Positions 27,143 to 40,500 of a DNA stretch of 64,000 bases are shown here, one piece after another. The translations under genes were made by a program, and so were the position numbers. How positions within the stretch are numbered: position 1 is the stretch's first letter; each line of letters opens with the position of its first letter. The DNA comes from Octopus vulgaris (lineage: Eukaryota). Below the pieces are notes generated by a model, which saw nothing but the letters and a program-made list of their open reading frames with translations, made no database searches and was not told the DNA's origin. The stretch is from contig OX597831.1 of assembly GCA_951406725.2 (NCBI GenBank), positions 81,592,001 to 81,656,000 of the forward strand, in the 5' to 3' direction.

Positions 27143-27247
27143 ACTGATTGACATATTGACTGACCAATTTACTGATCGATTGATTGATTGATTGATAGCC
27201 AGCTAGCCAGAAAGATGGATTGCTAGAGATACAAGCTTATAACTGTT

Positions 27248-27287
<40 letters not shown>

Positions 27288-27384
27288 GTTGTGTCTATGT
27301 TTGTGTGTGTGCGTGTGTGTATGTTTGTGTGTGTGTGTAACCACACCGTGGACCGTTGACGATTTTACTTCTTTGGACTTTTCC

Positions 27385-27810
27385 CTTTCAGATAGGATAC
27401 AGAGAGTTTGTGACGAAGCAAACAAGGTGAACGCATGGTACAAGACCGATAAAAATCAAGGAGTGATGTTTGTAGAGGCCACAGCCCACGGAAAACTAAC
27501 CCGAAGATTTAGGAAACTTCTGAAGGAAGCCAAACTAAACATTAATATCGTTGAAAAGCCAGGGAACTCCATCAGATCACATTATGTAGGATGTGTCCCT
27601 TTGTGTAGAACACATGCACCAATGAGACCTGCATGCTGTGTAAGATTAACCCTAGCATTAACGGCAGAAGAAGAAATGTCGTCTACAGCATTGGGTGCAA
27701 AGAGGGTGCTTGTAAAGACAAGAACGTGGCATGAATTGGTGAGACACCTAGACTAAATGAACATTTGAGACAATATGACGACAAAAAACAGTCCTCCATG
27801 CTGGGTCGAC
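27385..27810 (+). pseudogene. Penelope-like element GIY-YIG region fragment
   Basis: VMFVEAT...IVEKPGNSI, a Cys-rich linker, then RNVVYSIGCKEGAC...*IGETPRLNEHLRQY. Confidence 0.75.
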
Positions 27811-27997
27811 TTGAAATCTGCATTTTATCCAAGCACCCGAAAGACCCAATACTCAGACAAATACAGGAGTACATCCTTACAAATGAAACATCCCCACTAC
27901 TAAATAGGAGATATACCTAGAAGGTATATCCCAATACTCACAGTTTATACAGACAGGTAGAATTGTTAGTAGGCTGTTATGTAGATGTGTATATATA

Positions 27998-28111
27998 TAT
28001 TGATAGGAATGGTAAGACAACAAAAGAATGAAAGAGACCTCGATATTATGTAAATAGAGGAATTTATCTGTAAATATATGTGACAATTACCGAATAATTG
28101 TCAGATATTAC

Positions 28112-28112
<1 letters not shown>
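27998..28112 (-). mobile_element. Short repeat with terminal hairpin (same family as 33773-33935)
   Basis: Reverse-complement match to 33838-33934. Hairpin TGACAATTA-CCGAA-TAATTGTCA. Confidence 0.7.
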
Positions 28113-28177
<65 letters not shown>

Positions 28178-28574
28178 GGACTGCAAAAAAGAATTGAAAC
28201 AAAAAATCATTGATTAGAGAACAAACATCAAATTCGGGCCAACGGCTTTATTTAACCCCACGCTTCCATGCACTTCCTCATATACAAATAATATCGTAAC
28301 CTTCAAACATATAAAACATATTTAAACATCGAAGGTAAAAAATGCACATTTAAAATACAAAAATATATAGAAGGATCTGTCAGGAAGAAATATATTCAAA
28401 TCGGCTAAAATAAGTGATTAAAATGAATTACTAAAATATATCAATCGAGAAAAGAATTTTTACCCCTCGATTAAAAATATATGAAAATAGTCCGTTACAA
28501 ATGAAGCAATCCATGGTAGGTCCGGATTCAAAGGAGGGGAAGAGAGTTCCCAAAAAAGGGTATGTCAAAAACTA

Positions 28575-28658
28575 CATCTGCGGCCATTTCGGGAGTTCAT
28601 TGCCGCAGTCATATTGCAAGTTAAAGCGCGTCTTGGCAATGACCCCCTCATCAGGATG
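28575..28658 (-). ncRNA. Hammerhead with long stem II and mutated cleavage triplet, in a PLE 3' end/pLTR (about 28155-28695)
   Basis: CAUC-CUGAUGA-GGGGGUCAUUGCC...GGCAAUGAACUCCC-GAAA-UGGCCG-CA-GAUG. A nearby PPLNPDLPWIASFV* resembles a PLE ORF end. Confidence 0.6.
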
Positions 28659-28766
28659 AAGAGAAACCTCTCGGAATCTCACAGTCAAGTAATTCACACG
28701 CACACATACACACACTCACACACACACACACGTATATTTATGTGTGTGTATGTGCATATATATATA

Positions 28767-28836
<70 letters not shown>

Positions 28837-29054
28837 TATATATATATATTCCCAGGTCTATTCCTCCTTTTTTGGCCACAAGACAAGACACACACCAGGC
28901 ATTCCATTCATTTCACCCCCTGCGACTGGGCAGGGGGGATCGGTAGAATGCAGTCACCGTATTCCCTGCGTGGCGTAAGAGGCAACTAAAAGGGGCAGGG
29001 GCGAGGGGACTGGAAATCCTCTCCTCTCAGTAAATCCATATTCCTAAAATGACG

Positions 29055-29088
<34 letters not shown>

Positions 29089-29112
29089 TCATATGTATGC
29101 CTGTATGTGTAT

Positions 29113-29150
<38 letters not shown>

Positions 29151-29494
29151 TTATGCAGTCATTTATTTATGAGAATTCTTCGCCGAAAGAGGGAGCTGGT
29201 TTCTAACAAAGAAATAAAAGCTCCGCACCTCGTTGGAACCTTAATATCAACAACAATGTTTGTTACATGTTGAACTTTATGCAAGCCTTACAGATTTTTA
29301 CTGTTCTCCTTACAGATTATGAGAAGAAGATAATAAAGTGCACCAGTGACTATTGATGTTAATATGAATTAATAATCAGCACAGAGAATCTGCACACTTC
29401 GAAGTTACTGCCCTTAAATCTAATATTTCTCACTGGTTTGGGAAAGGCTATGTCTGCTAGGTAGCTATCCTCTCTCACGTGACTTTTTTTCCCT

Positions 29495-29600
29495 TCTCAG
29501 ATAACTATATCAGGTCTGTGATATTTGCATATTGTAGACGTTTTGATGGGAATCATCCAATCACATTTATTTTTTATGAATGTGATCCACGTGATAACGG
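29495..29600 (-). pseudogene. Small RLE-domain fragment
   Basis: CDWMIPIKTSTICKYHRPDIVI (RPD motif). Confidence 0.5.
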
Positions 29601-29706
29601 GATCGGTTAGACTATCGAATGGTCTTATACATCGTTGGTCACAATGCACTTGGCATCGCTTTAGTTTTCGAATGATACCACCCAACAGGTTAAGCAAGCA
29701 GGCCAA

Positions 29707-29890
29707 CCTTGCTCCTGGTTGGAAGGCTCGTCCGTCGCAGGGTTCTTTTCTGCAATAATGGAGTGGAATGGAGCAACGTGAAACGAAGTATTTTGCTCAA
29801 GAACACAACGCGCCACCAGGTTCGGGAATCGAACCCACGATCTAGCGATCTTGTGCAACGCCCTAACCACTGGTCCACATACTTCTACCC
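29707..29890 (-). mobile_element. tRNA-derived CORE/V-like SINE
   Basis: A box TGGACCAGTGG, B box GGTTCGATTCCC, then GTGTTCTTGAGCAAAATACTT. Confidence 0.75.
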
Positions 29891-30866
29891 TTATACACAC
29901 ACACACACACACACGCACGCACACAGACACACACACATACACACACATTGTATGTAAGTCTTAATATATATATATAATATATAGCTATTTGTTAGTTGAA
30001 CGAAACCTCTCCCGTGACATTATATCTGCGGAATCCTCAAAACTGCAGAGAACAAAACCAGCCTTCTACAAAACCAGCCTCACTTCTATTCTTTTAAATG
30101 TGCTCAGAATCCATTCCAGTCGCCCAAGTGTTGTCGCAATCTCAGCAATCTGACCCCTAATTGGTTTTTGATTGATACATAATGAATTCTCAGTTATTTA
30201 TTACTCAGAAATTACTAGGCCATCTGTAGATTTTCTTCTACAGGTAAATGGCATTTTTTCAGCAGCCCTGGTCAAGACTCCTTATCAATTTTTATAATTG
30301 AATATACTAATACAAGGAATCTCTCTCTCTCTCTCTTCCTCTCTCTCTCTCTCTCTCTCACACTCTCTCCCTCTCTCAATCGCATATACACACACTGACA
30401 CACGCACAGGTGCTTAAAACTACATTTTAATAGAAGCGAAATAATCAAACATGGTGGAAATAAGAGCAGGTCAGTATCGGTTACCTTCTCTCTCTCTCTC
30501 TCTTTCTATATATACACACACATACACACACATATGCACATGTATATTTACATACACAAGCACACAAAATTGTATGTGTATACATATACGTAAATACGCA
30601 TGTCTTATGCATGTGAAGCGTGTATGTGTGTGTGTCTGTCTCTTTTTCTATATATGTACGTACATATATACATGCATACATACATACATGGTTGTATGTT
30701 TGTATGTATGTATCTATCTATCAAATGCCTGTCTGTCAGTCTATCTGTATGCATGCATGTATGTATTTATGTATGTATGTATGTATGTATGTATGTCTCT
30801 CTGTATAATATATATATATATATATATGTACATATATGTATATATATATGTATATATATATATATG

Positions 30867-30898
<32 letters not shown>

Positions 30899-31210
30899 TG
30901 TATGTATGTATGTATGTATATACCCTTCCCGCTCAATCATGAAATAAACACTCGAAAGTGATAAAGTAATGTAATTTAAAAACAAAAAAAAATCCTCCTC
31001 AAAAAGAAACGAAATGAATATTCCTCAATAATCATGTTCTTCCCAGAATGCCTGTCATACACATCCGGTTCACTTTGACACCTTGTTTCTCACATTTCCA
31101 ACTCACTCTCTTCGGCTTCGTTCATTTAGTTTGTGATTTCCTTTATAACCTTCCATGTTTTATGTTAAATATTTAGGACATTAATTTCTACACTAGGGTG
31201 CGCTACTACT

Positions 31211-31262
<52 letters not shown>

Positions 31263-31456
31263 TGCACGCACTCATGCACGCACCCATGCATGCAGTCATG
31301 TATGTATATATATTTATGTATACATGCACACACAAAATCATATGCATGTATGTATTATATATGTATGCGTATATAGCGATAGCTATGTGTGTATATATAT
31401 ATATATATATGCGCGTGTGTGAGTGTATATAAGCTATGCACATATATATATATGTA

Positions 31457-31509
<53 letters not shown>

Positions 31510-32289
31510 CATTATGCAAACATACATACACCACTGATAACACGCACACAGACACACACACAGACACAGACACACACACGCACACGCACACACATAGATA
31601 CACACGCACACAGATATATATATATAGATATATATATATGTGTGTGTGTAAGTGGCCCTACACCTTTCCTGAATGCATGCTTGCTTGCAAAATCCGTTGA
31701 AAAGTGTAGATTGTAAACGAGCATTGCATGTTATAGTTTATAATTACCCAAGGTTTCGCGCGTGCGCCTCTGCGTATGTGTGTGTTCGTGTGTGCGTGTG
31801 TGTATGCATGTGTGTGTGTGTGTGTGTCCGCGTGTGTTTGTGTGTGTCTTTTGAGAGACAAGCTGAGAGGGAATGCGAACGGTGATATATTCACGAAAGA
31901 TGCCAACCTGCAATCATTTGAACAGATGGATGTCAGCCCACTGGTATGGAGGTATGGGTACAATCATAAATGTAGTCATACACACACCAGACACACACAT
32001 ACAAACATACTCACGCGTGCATACACACACGCACGCATACACACCCATACACACACACGCCTAACACGCATGCATACGCACAAACACAAGCACGCATACA
32101 TATACACGCACACACGTGTATATTTATATGAATATATGCATATATGTACATATACACACATATATTTATGTATTGCACGCATACATTCATGCGAATCGAT
32201 ATATATATATATGTATACATATATGTATATATGTATGTGTATGCGTATGTGTGTGTGAGTGTGCGTGCGTGTGCGCGTATGTGTGAATA

Positions 32290-32326
<37 letters not shown>

Positions 32327-32529
32327 GATAGAAGGCTGCTGAGCTGTGGCATGCTTGTTCTCTTCCCATTCCTGTAGATTGGAATGGTTCTTTTGGCATT
32401 GGACGATGAAAACTTGTTCACCTGTAAGAACCTTCCGACAGATACAAGAAGGACAAAACATGTACACACACACACACACACTGCACACACACATGCATAT
32501 ACATACGTATGATACACACATATATATTT

Positions 32530-32531
32530 AG

Positions 32532-32582
<51 letters not shown>

Positions 32583-32583
32583 C

Positions 32584-32653
<70 letters not shown>

Positions 32654-32699
32654 GTAGGTAGGGAGGGAGGTAGATATATATATATAGATAGATAGATAA

Positions 32700-32775
<76 letters not shown>
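32530..32775. repeat. (GATA)n array
   Basis: Directly visible. Confidence 0.95.
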
Positions 32776-32799
32776 ACAGCGAGAAATACTTTTATACCT

Positions 32800-33619
32800 T
32801 GACAGGTTTCGGCCAGTATTAACTCAGGCCTTGTCTAACTTAATAGCGCCACCTGGCAAAGTCAGTCAAATCAGAAATCGGACAACTTGGTACACTCGAG
32901 GAGAGAATTGTTGTTTGCGGAGACATATCCGAGTGTAGGAGATTTATCCGGGATTTCTTGAAGGAATTTGTCCAAAGGCTTCTTGAACTTTATGGGGTCT
33001 GTTTCTGCTTTAATGTGTTTTGGTGTAATGTTAAAGAGAGCGGGGCCAATTGAGGTGAAATAACTGGGCCGTATTTTTGTTATGTGATTCGAGTATGATT
33101 TATGTCGTGGGCGGATAGCACGAGGCCCAAATCTTGAGTGTATCTTAAAGGTGGTACCAACATCATTTGGACAATGCTGATGGAATATTTTCCCCATCAT
33201 GCCGATGATGTAGCGCTCAAGGCAACGTTGGAAAAAATAAAGCTTGAGCTTTTCTAGTCGACCCCAATAGTCGAGGCCTGTCATGCCATCTATCTTTTTT
33301 TTTTAATTGATCTTTGAGGTGCTTCAATTTTCATGATACTTTGTTTCATGTGAGGAGACCACAGTGGACAACAGTATTCAAGGTGGGGTCAGGCAAAAGT
33401 AGGGAAGAGAAGGATAATGGTGTGGATATCTCTCGACTGGAAAGTTCTGAGAATCCAGGAAAACATTCTGCGGGCCATGTCAGCATTGCTGCTTATATGA
33501 GTGGACCAGCTTATGTTGTTGTCCACAATTACTCCCGAGTCTCTGATGTTGTTGGATGCCATGAAAGTTTCACCTGAAGGAAGGGAGTATGGGAGTTTCA
33601 GGGTATCCTCTTTTCCGAA

Positions 33620-33621
<2 letters not shown>
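32800..33621 (-). mobile_element. CR1-like LINE 3' fragment
   Basis: RDSGVIVDNNISWSTHI, WILRTFQSRD, LDYWGRLEKLKLY, GPALFNITP and LDKFLQEIPD. Confidence 0.88.
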
Positions 33622-33675
<54 letters not shown>

Positions 33676-33772
33676 GGATGCTTAGCTGCATGGATGGGTG
33701 GATGGATGGATGGATAGATGGATAGACAGGTAGACAAATACACACACACACACACACATATATATATATGTA

Positions 33773-33935
33773 ATATTATGTGACAATTATTCGGTTACTA
33801 TAATAAACCTCCGAAACTCAGAGTTTTATGATGGCAACCGAATAATTGTCACATATTATATTTACAGATAAATTCCTCCATTTACATAATATCGAGGTCT
33901 CATTCATTCTTTTGTTGTCTTACCATTTCTATCAC
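33773..33935 (+). mobile_element. Short repeat with fold-back 5' end and hammerhead 3' half
   Basis: ATGTGACAATTATTCGGTT / AACCGAATAATTGTCACAT enclose GAAACTCAGAGTT. Confidence 0.65.
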
Positions 33936-34004
<69 letters not shown>

Positions 34005-34065
34005 TAGATAGATAGATGGATGGATGGATGCATGGATGGATGGATGAAGCTTTCCTTATGTACGC

Positions 34066-34486
34066 ATTCTTTTATTCGTTTACTTGTTTCAGTCACATGA
34101 CCACCGCCATGCTGTAGCACCGCCTTTAGTTGAACAAGTCGACCCCAGGATTTTTTCTTTGTAAGCCTAGTACTTATCCTATCGGGCGCTTATGCCGAAC
34201 CGCTAAGTTACGAGGACGTAAACACTCCAACAGCGGTTGTCATGCGATGGTGGTGGTGGTGGTGGTAGGGGGAAACACAAACACACACATCCGCGCGCTC
34301 TCTCACACACACTCACACATATGATAGACTTCTTTCATTTTCCATCTACCGAATCCACTAACAAGGGATTTGGTCGGCCCGTGGCTATAGGAGAAGACAC
34401 TTGCCCAAGGTGCCAGGCAGTGGCACTGAACCCAGAAGCATGTGGTTGGTAAGCAAGATACTTACCACACAGCCACCCCTGCGCCT
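34066..34486 (-). mobile_element. CORE-like SINE (family of 8945-9346)
   Basis: Full-length reverse-complement homology. Confidence 0.85.
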
Positions 34487-34649
34487 ATATCTATCCATGT
34501 GTAATGCATGTATGTATATCCTTATGAAATGCGCAGCTGTGACCTGACGCAGCCTCAGTAATTGAAGGCGACCAGCGTTTCGTTGGGGTCTCTTCTTCTT
34601 AGCTGTCTTCGTTTTGTCCCTCAAAGGAACCCTGACTCAGTTCACATGT

Positions 34650-35310
34650 CTTCATCACCTTCCCTCCTCCTCCTCCTCCTCTTCCTCACCACCGTCGTCA
34701 TCGTCATCATCATCATCGTCGCCCTCCTCTTCCTCCTCCTCCTCATCATCATCATCACCACCATAGTCATCCTCATTATCATCATCGTCATCATCGTGGT
34801 CATAATCATCATCATCGCCATCTTCCTCCCCCTCCTACTCCTCTTCATCATCATCATCGTGGTCGTCATCATCATCATCATCAACAACAACTATAACCTC
34901 CTAACCACTGCTATTGTCACCATTACAGTCACTACAATGACGATGACGACGACGAGGAGTTGTTGTTTTTGTTGCTGTTGTTTTTATTAGTGTTTAACTT
35001 TTCGGTTTTATCATGTCATTGGAAGATTCAGCATCGTCTCCATTCGTTGTCGTCGTCGTCATCGTCGCAGTTGTTGTTGTTGTTGTTATTGCCTTTGCCG
35101 TCCCTAATAATATTGGTGTCCATCTTGATACGAATATTGAATCTGTTTTCGTTGTTGCTTTTGTTGTTATTGTTGTCACCTTGCCGTCAGATTCTGACAT
35201 TGTCCTTCTTATTATTATTCATAGAACTATTGTTGCTATTAATGTTGTTGCTGTCCTCGTCATTTTGCTCTTGCTCGTGTTGCTGTTGTTGTTGTTGTCG
35301 TTGTCGTCTT
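34650..35310. repeat. Degenerate (TCA/TCC/TTG)n tract
   Basis: Directly visible. Confidence 0.85.
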
Positions 35311-36060
35311 TCTTTGAATTCTTCTCTCGGCCTGGATGTCCGTTCGAAGACATGCCCCAGCATGTGATAGCCTCTCTCTTTTTCTTTTATTTTTCTGTCA
35401 ATATTCTGGGAGTTGTGTGAACAAAGCAACGTGTAAGTAGCGTCTAATAATAACAATAATATAAATATAAATATATTGATCGATGAATGAAAATCAAGGA
35501 ACATAAAAGGAAAAATTGAGACAAAAATCTAAGCAAAAAGATCAACAGCAACACACAAAGCAACACACGGAGGGGGGGGGGGAGAGAGAGAAATGGAGAA
35601 GATACAGAAAGTGGGAGAGTGAGAAAGGGTGACAAAGAGAGAGAGAGAAAGAGGGACAGAGTGAGAAGGTGAGAGAGCGAGAGAAGCAATAATGTTAGTA
35701 TATGTCCTGTAAAAGAAGATGACAATGCGATAGAAGAGGGGCAGCATGAGAAGAAGAGGAAGGAGGAAGAAGGATGAGGAGGAAAAAAAGAAGTAGAAGC
35801 AGAAGAAGAGGAGGAGTAAGAAGAAGAAGAAGAAGAAAAAGATGGTGATGGAGACGGGGAGGAGGAGGACACAGTGTTTTGTAAAGTTATGGCTGACTGC
35901 ATCAACCGTTTCGCAAACTAATAAACCGGCGGAAGTCAGCCATTTTGTTCAGTATTTCAGTCTTATTTGTTTATATTTATTTGTTTTATTATTTTGTTTG
36001 TCTTTTCCTTATTGATATTCTACTGTGGAATGTTCAGGTTTCTAAATCGATAAGCAGTTT

Positions 36061-36095
<35 letters not shown>

Positions 36096-36249
36096 TTCTG
36101 TCTTTTGGCTGACTTCTCATCCCCTCTCTTTCTTTCACTCCCATTCTCTCTCTCTCCCACACACACATACTCACACATACACACACACATACGCACACAC
36201 GCATACACACACATACACGCCCCCGCTTACACACACATACACACACACG

Positions 36250-36322
<73 letters not shown>

Positions 36323-36387
36323 ATTTGGTGTTTCAGTTCTTTGCTGTTATATTATTTCGTTGTGGTGCTTTCTTTTCGCAGAATTCA

Positions 36388-36556
36388 GTTGAGCAGGGAA
36401 CGAAATGCTTTGCGCTTATTTTACGGCTTTTTATGTTCTGAATTCAGATCCCATTCAACTTAAACTTTCATTCTTCTGGAGTTGATAAGATAAAGTCCCA
36501 GTCAAGTACTAGATTCAATGCTATCACCTATACCCCTCCTCAAAATTATTGGCCAG
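36388..36556 (+). mobile_element. Degenerate Meta-like SINE
   Basis: GAAATGCTT...TTCTGAATTCAGATCCC...CTTTCATTCTTCTGGAGTTGATAAGATAAAGT. Confidence 0.6.
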
Positions 36557-36559
36557 GCG

Positions 36560-37446
36560 GGCAATGCGGTCGGTCGTAGTTTCACTCAGCGTTCTATACA
36601 GGGCTATTAGAGGCAAAGTGCGACGACGTTCTCGGGGAAACTCTGGGCGTCGATGGAGATCAAATAACCGGTCTGTTTCGGAGAACTTTCGGGCCTGGGC
36701 CTATGGATAACTTCCAGAAATCCCTGGTAGTGCTATCGAGGGGCGCTACCTGTTCGAGATAAACTTTACAGGCACGGAAGTGCCGTCAACCGAGCCAGCC
36801 CGAAGTGCACCCAGATCGATGAAACCGTTCTGCACGCCCTCGTCCAGTGCCCGAGTATTGCTGACCAGTGGTTTTATGTCTAACACCTACTGTTGCGTGT
36901 AGGATGGTTCCGGCTATGAGCTGAATCTATTGTGAAGATTGCCCCGCCGCCCTCTTTTGGCCGGGAGGGACAGACAATTTTTATTTGTCTATTGGCTGTA
37001 ACGAAAGAGGTAGTATGGCTGACCCGTTTGAAAGGGTTAAAGACAGACACTTTCCTCTTTGGCCAAGCCCTCATCAACTTTTTCAAGTGAAACTTGAAAA
37101 TGAAGTTGTGGGTGGAGAGGGAAGTGTTGTCTTGTAGCAAGTTTGGGTGAATGTTGGAAAAACAGCTGGCGTGTAAGGACCAATTCTGAGTGTGCACTAA
37201 TAAGAAAAGGGATTAAAGGAGAAAGGCTCTTGCCCTGTTGATCAGGCACCCGTGGCCTTTGTGGGTTTTTCCACAAGGACCTTAAAGTGCATCCCCTATT
37301 GGGAGTTTTAATTTGTTCAATTTGAATTGTTATTTATATTGTTTACACACGGAAAACCCATTGTGTCGTCCCGTTTTTGTCTTTTATGGTGTTACATGTC
37401 CTTTAATGTTATTGTAAGTGAGCCCTTGTGGTTAATAAAAGAATGA
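36560..37446 (+). mobile_element. 5'-truncated Tx1 LINE 3' end
   Basis: FGPGPMDNFQKSL, LPVRDKLYRHGS and ETVLHALVQCP. 3' UTR ends GCCCTTGTGGTTAATAAAAG then (ATT)n. Confidence 0.88.
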
Positions 37447-37514
<68 letters not shown>

Positions 37515-40500
37515 CATTCAGTAGTTTTATTTTTATAGCGTGCTTTCACTTCACTGCCGAGCGCAGCTCTGTGTGCCTTGGGTATGTGCTGTGATTTGTT
37601 GTGATGCTCTGATGGTTATTGTATGGAAAGTGTTCTGCGTAGGATGTGTGCAGTGCCTAGTAGTGCAATTTTCTGTATGTTATATGTGTTTGTAAGTCCT
37701 GGTGTTTTTCTTATGTATTTGTCTGAATATTTTTTTATCATGCCTAATGCACCTACTATGATAGGAATTGTTTCTGTTTTCAGATTCCACATTCTAGTTA
37801 CCTCTATTTCCAGGTCTTTGTATTTTGAAAGTTTCTCCATTTCTTTTAGAGACACTTTGTGATCTGCTGGTATTGATACGTCAATTAGAAAGCATTTTTT
37901 TTCTTCATGATCTCTGACAACTATATCTGGTCTGTTGGCCTTAATTTCTCTATCTGTGTGTATCGGCATATCCCAGAGTATGGTTGCTTTCTCGTTTTCT
38001 GTGACCTTCTCTGGTGTGTGCCATCTTTTTTCTGTTGTTATTCCATAATGTTGGCATAGTTTCCAGTGTATGTAGGTCCCAACTCTGTCGTGTCTGTGAA
38101 TATATTCCTTCTTAGCCAGGACTGGGCAGTCAGAGATAATATGATTTATTGTTTCTTGTCCATCTCCACATATTCTGCAGTTACTTGTTATATTTCTTTT
38201 CATTACATGTTTTTGGTAATTTCTAGGGGGGGGGGGCTTTGGTCTTGTGCTGCAATTAAAAATCCCTCTGTCTCTGCTTTGAGTCCTGAGCTTCTCAACC
38301 ATTGCTGGGATTTTTTTTGTCTATTTCTTTTGCATTTAGTTTAGTCCAGTATTTACCATGAAGGGGCTTTTCTTTCCATCGTTCTATCATGGTCCGTTGC
38401 TGTTCTAGTTTTAGTTTGGATTTCATTTGCTTTATAGCTTTTGTTGTGTTTTCTTCTTCTTCTTCTTCTTCTTCTTCTTCTTCTTCTTCTTCTTCTTCTT
38501 CTTCTTCTTCTTCTTCTTCTTCTTCTTCTTCTTCTTCTTCTTCTTCTTCTTCTTCTTCTTCTTCTTCTTCATATTTGTTAGGTGGTATGATTTCTTGTTT
38601 GTATTTGTCAGCTTCCTTAAATACTGAGAACAATTTTTTGTTTTGCTCGTGTTTTGCCGCTATTTGTATCAGTTTTCCTTGCTTCTGAAGTAGGTATTTT
38701 TGCAGTCCTATGATGGTTATTTTATAGTAGTTTTCCAACTTTATAAGGCCTCTACCACCTTCTATATGTTGTATGTATAGCCTTTCTATGTCAGATTTTG
38801 GGTGATGCATCCTAGATCCTGTCATTATTTTTCTTGTTTTCCTATCTATTTTGGTTAGTTCATTTAGCGTCCAGTTAAGGATATTGTAGCTGTAACTTAT
38901 AACTGGGACAGCTAAAATGTTAATACCTATCATCTTGTTTTTAGCATTGAGCTCTGTTTTTAGTATTGATCTAACTCGTTTATAGTATTCTTTCTTTATT
39001 TTCTCTTTCATTTGTGTGTGTTGTGTCTTATCTAGTTCATGGATTCCTAAATATTTGTAAGTTTGGCTTTGGTCTAATTCTCTTATTCCATTGGCTTTGT
39101 CTAGTGTGATATTGCTACTCTTAACTAGTTTTCCTCTTTTCATGGTTACTTTGGTGCATTTTTCTAATCCAAATTTCATATCTATTTCTTTGGTGAATCC
39201 ATGAACTGTCTTTAGTAGTGTTTCCAGCTGTTTATCATTTGTAGCGTATAGTTTTAGGTCATCCATATATAAAAGGTGGCTGATCGTTTTGCCGTAACAT
39301 TTATATCCGCATCCAGTTCTATCTAGCATAACTGATAGAGGTGACAGTGCCAAGCAGAAAAGAAGTGGAGGGAGCGTGTCTCCCTGGAATATTCCTTTTC
39401 TAATGGGGATGGCTTTGGTTTTCACGAGTCCCTCTTTTGTTTGGAGCTGTAGCACTGTCTGTCATTTATTCATAGTGTCTTATGCATTTTATAATCGTTG
39501 GTGCTAATTTGTTGATGGCTAGTGTTTCGAGGATCCATGTGTGTGGGATGCTATCAAACGCCTTTCTATAGTCGATCCATGCCGTACTGAGGACTTTCTT
39601 CTTTCTGTGGCTGTCTTCAATTATGGCTTCATTGATCATTAATTGATCTTTACAGCCATATGAGCCTTTGCGGCATCCTTTCTGCTCTTCTGGAAGCAGG
39701 TTGTTTTCGTCCAGGTGGTTGTTCAAGCTTTGTGATATTACTGCAGTAAATGCTTTGTACATTGTAGGGAGACAGGTTATTGGTCTGTAGTTTTCTGGTT
39801 TTGCTGTCTCATTTGATTTGGGAATTAAGATGGTTTTCCCCTTCGTGAGCCATTCAGGCATTGTCTCTGGCTCTGCCAGTATGTTGTTAAAGTTTTCAGC
39901 CAGCTTTTTGTGCATTCTTGTCAGATATTTCAACCAGGAGTTGGGGATCTTGTCATGCCCAGGTGCTTTCCAGTTGCTTAGTCTTTGCAGCGCCTGGGTG
40001 ACTTCTTCAGCTGTTATGGGGGTCCAAATTTGCTCAGATGCTAAGTTTGTTGTTTTAATACTCCTTTTTTGGGTTGTTCATTCGCCGACCATATTTCTTT
40101 CCAGAATTCTTCCACTTCTTCTGCCGTTGGTGCTGCAGTGATGTCTATTTTATTTTTGCCAAGTTCTTGGTAGAACTTTTTGGGGTTGGAGTTGAACTGT
40201 TTGTTTTGTTCAAAGAAACGTTGGCGTTTCTCATACCGGCGGATCCTTTGTGCTTTGGCAAGGATATCTTGCTTCAGCTTTTATTTTATCTCAGGTAAAT
40301 CTTTTTCTGTGATATTATATTTGCGGAGTATTTTTGTTTTCTTTTTGTTGCTCAGTAGCGTTGATTGTCCACTGATTTCGTTAAGAATCAACAGATCTTT
40401 TCTCATTTTTTGTATTTTGTTTTGGATGTTATTTATCCACAGGGTTTGTTTGGGTGGTGGTACTCCTCTTTGGATGGGTTTGAGTGAGTATCCAGCTTCT

